In this document: positions 30,925 to 33,164 of the stretch, piece by piece
How the letters are laid out: every line of letters begins with the position of its first letter
Position numbering within the stretch: the stretch's first letter is position 1
DNA from: a virus
IMG/VR virus record: IMGVR_UViG_3300009503_000073
DNA: 33,164 nucleotides
Strand: one strand, 5' to 3'
The notes under the pieces: generated by a model
Seen by the model: only the letters and a program-made list of their open reading frames with translations
Database searches by the model: none
What the model was told of the DNA's origin: nothing
Translations under genes and position numbers: made by a program

Positions 30925-31295
30925 TGGATAAGCAGGTTGAGTTTCTCGTCAAGCTACGAGACGCCAGCCAAATGATCGCTGACGCAGCAAACGAATACCT
31001 TGAAACCTTCGCGCCGCCAGCAGCAAAAGAGAACAAGCAGCCAGCAGCCGTCCAAGAGATAACTTTCTCGACGTTGCGGTTTGAGGCTCAGCAAGGCGCC
31101 AAACTCGGCGAGTACGAAATTGCCTACAGAACAGGCAACATAGAGGATAAGTGGCGCCAAGCATACAATATCCTGCGGAATAGTAACGCAACCATCCAGA
31201 ACCGCTACTACGGTGAAGGCTACCAGCACAGCTACTGGCTTTATGGAGAAGACAGAATCTACCGCCAGAAACTGAAGCCCAAGACTAGAAACTAA
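30924..31295 (+). CDS. Hypothetical protein
   Basis: ATG 30924 coupled to the previous stop (MDKQVEFLVKLRD...); preferred over the ORF-track start at 30768. Confidence 0.7.
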   Translation: MDKQVEFLVKLRDASQMIADAANEYLETFAPPAAKENKQPAAVQEITFSTLRFEAQQGAKLGEYEIAYRTGNIEDKWRQAYNILRNSNATIQNRYYGEGYQHSYWLYGEDRIYRQKLKPKTRN

Positions 31296-31313
31296 CCGCT
31301 GGAGGCTAAAGTT

Positions 31314-31637
31314 TTGAGGAAATATGATACTTGGGCTAATCTGAACGCTGAAGGCAAAAAGCACTGGGGAGACATCTTCCCCGACGGAGTTGTCCCAGTC
31401 AAAAGCATCATCGAGATACCCGCTAGACTCAAGGGCGTAAGTGGCACCGAAAAAGTGTACATGGTCGACTGGAAAGAACTAACAAAACAGCAACAGGATG
31501 CAATCTTAGAAAAGCTGAACAAGTGCAGTGGCGCACCGAAGGACGAAATTCTAAAAGAAATCCTGAAAGTAGGTTTGCCCCTTCGAGAAAAATACACGAG
31601 CGGCAGCGGCACAACCAGAACAGAGCTTTTCACTTAG
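31314..31637 (+). CDS. Hypothetical protein
   Basis: 107 aa, TTG start with GGAGG upstream, co-oriented in the operon. Confidence 0.65.
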   Translation: MRKYDTWANLNAEGKKHWGDIFPDGVVPVKSIIEIPARLKGVSGTEKVYMVDWKELTKQQQDAILEKLNKCSGAPKDEILKEILKVGLPLREKYTSGSGTTRTELFT

Positions 31638-31649
31638 AGGATTCTTTGC

Positions 31650-33164
31650 ATGGCAGAACGCGGAAGAACCTGCGGCGAATGTGCACACTGGAAAGTCGCT
31701 GGGAGCCCTTGCACATACTACGACGCAATCAGGCGAGGCGTACTGCTCAAGACTGACCGAGCCTGTGATGATTTTGAGCTTAGCAAGAAAGCGAAGAACA
31801 AGCCCAAACCACACAAAGTATGCGGCTACTCAGACCAAGGCTACTTCGAGGCAATATACCACCAGGGAAAACCAGCTTTCCTAGTGCTCAGAAAAGACAT
31901 CTTTTGCGTCTATGAATTTCTCACGATGGAAGATGAAAGCTTCCTGCCAAAAGAGTACCCAAGCGAGTATCCGTATGAGCCCTACGGCTACTACGAAGAA
32001 GCAGTGCCAAACCGGGAGGAACTGTTCTGGAAGGTCAGAGAAGAATTCGACCTCTTTTTAGATTTGGAGCCGATTTGGAAGGACTACCTTGCAGCCTGCG
32101 TTCTGCTAACTTACCAGCAAGAGAAGGTCCGCACTGTTCCATACGCCTATTTTGTGGGTGACAACGAGAGCGGCAAAACCGTAGCTTTAAGCTTGCTGAA
32201 TTGGCTGTCCTATCGTCCGATGCTTGGTGTAACAATTCCTTCAGCTGACGTTTACGGCTACCTGGATGACTCAGATGCTCCCGGCACAATCTTGGAAGAC
32301 GAAGCGCAAGGTCTCTACAAGGACTTGGACAAGGCGAAAATCTACAAAGCAGGCTACAAGCAAGGCGCCGTCGTCCCCAGAACCATGATAACGCAGCACA
32401 AGCGTTTCATCAAATACTTCCGCGTTTTCTGCTTTAAGGCATGCGCAGCCGAAGAAATGCCACGTGTCAAAGGTTTGCTTGAACGCTTCATCTTTATCCC
32501 CATGACTGAAGGCTACCCCAGAAAAGACTGGGCAGACCTAAATAGGGAAGACGAAAATAGACTCCGCCAGCTGAGGAACATTCTGCTGAAGTGGCGTTTA
32601 GCTACACGTGAATGGGAGCTGCCTGAAGTCGAGTTGCCCGCTAAAGGCAGACTGAAAGAGCTCTGGAAGCCCATTCTCCAAGTTGTTTCAGGGTTAACGG
32701 TTGAGAAGGACCTGAGAGCACATTTAGAGCAACTGCAGAAAGAACGCCTAAGTGAGAAAGTCAACACGCTTGAAGGTCACATAGTTAAAGTTGTTTGTGA
32801 ACTCTATGTCGCAGACCAGCTGCTTGCTTTCACTGATATTTGGGACGCTTTGGTCAAAGACTTGGAGGGTAAACTGGACGATAAGAAACCCAACAAAATG
32901 GATACGCCCGAATTCGGCGAAGTTACCAAACAGAAAGTCGGTTACCGTCTGCGTGAAGTCTTAAGCGGCAGAAAAACCAAAGCTAGACTGCAAGAGGGAC
33001 CGACTGTTGCCTACGATTTTAATGGTGAAAAGCTCAAGCGTATAGCAAAAAAGTATGGCTGGAGTCTTGTTCCCAAGTTCTCGACTGAACCGAGTTTGGG
33101 AGGTAAGATACACCTAGAACCTGAAAATCAAGTCGAAGAAAAAGGCGCTCTTCCCGAAAATAAC
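31650..33164 (+). CDS. Putative replicative P-loop helicase/ATPase with N-terminal Cys cluster, 3'-truncated by the window edge
   Basis: Missing from the ORF track because there is no stop. Open from ATG 31650 to the end: CGECAHW...C...C; Walker A GDNESGKT, Walker B ILEDEA, LLERFIFIPM arginine-finger-like motif, C-terminal wHTH-like region. Confidence 0.8.
   Translation, partial: MAERGRTCGECAHWKVAGSPCTYYDAIRRGVLLKTDRACDDFELSKKAKNKPKPHKVCGYSDQGYFEAIYHQGKPAFLVLRKDIFCVYEFLTMEDESFLPKEYPSEYPYEPYGYYEEAVPNREELFWKVREEFDLFLDLEPIWKDYLAACVLLTYQQEKVRTVPYAYFVGDNESGKTVALSLLNWLSYRPMLGVTIPSADVYGYLDDSDAPGTILEDEAQGLYKDLDKAKIYKAGYKQGAVVPRTMITQHKRFIKYFRVFCFKACAAEEMPRVKGLLERFIFIPMTEGYPRKDWADLNREDENRLRQLRNILLKWRLATREWELPEVELPAKGRLKELWKPILQVVSGLTVEKDLRAHLEQLQKERLSEKVNTLEGHIVKVVCELYVADQLLAFTDIWDALVKDLEGKLDDKKPNKMDTPEFGEVTKQKVGYRLREVLSGRKTKARLQEGPTVAYDFNGEKLKRIAKKYGWSLVPKFSTEPSLGGKIHLEPENQVEEKGALPENN

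Overview
The window is most of the genome of an archaeal head-tail virus or provirus (Caudoviricetes, siphovirus-like: tail tube and tape measure, no sheath gene seen). The host is probably TACK, possibly Bathyarchaeia; this is inferred from GGAGGTGA-type SD sites, T-rich terminators, archaeal small-protein families and a tRNA fragment with a non-canonical BHB intron. Layout: (1) 1-10402 head/neck/tail module in unusual order (MCP, wHTH, portal, micro-ORFs, connector, tail), with a -1 frameshift signal in the tail chaperone; (2) 10457-15126 small genes, terminase small and large subunits, and an ABC-ATPase-GNAT fusion; (3) 15181-26405 an 11-kb defence island (GmrSD-like DUF262, DUF365 PUA-like protein, Type III Res and Mod, UvrD-PD-(D/E)XK helicase-nuclease); (4) 26549-30250 small regulators, AT-rich cargo, and a truncated integrase-like ORF read antisense through the 5' two-thirds of an intron-containing tRNA-Gly(TCC), a likely attP; (5) 30394-33164 a 29-bp repeat array, small ORFs and a replicative-type P-loop helicase running off the window. 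All family assignments come from motif recognition by eye; no database searches were run.
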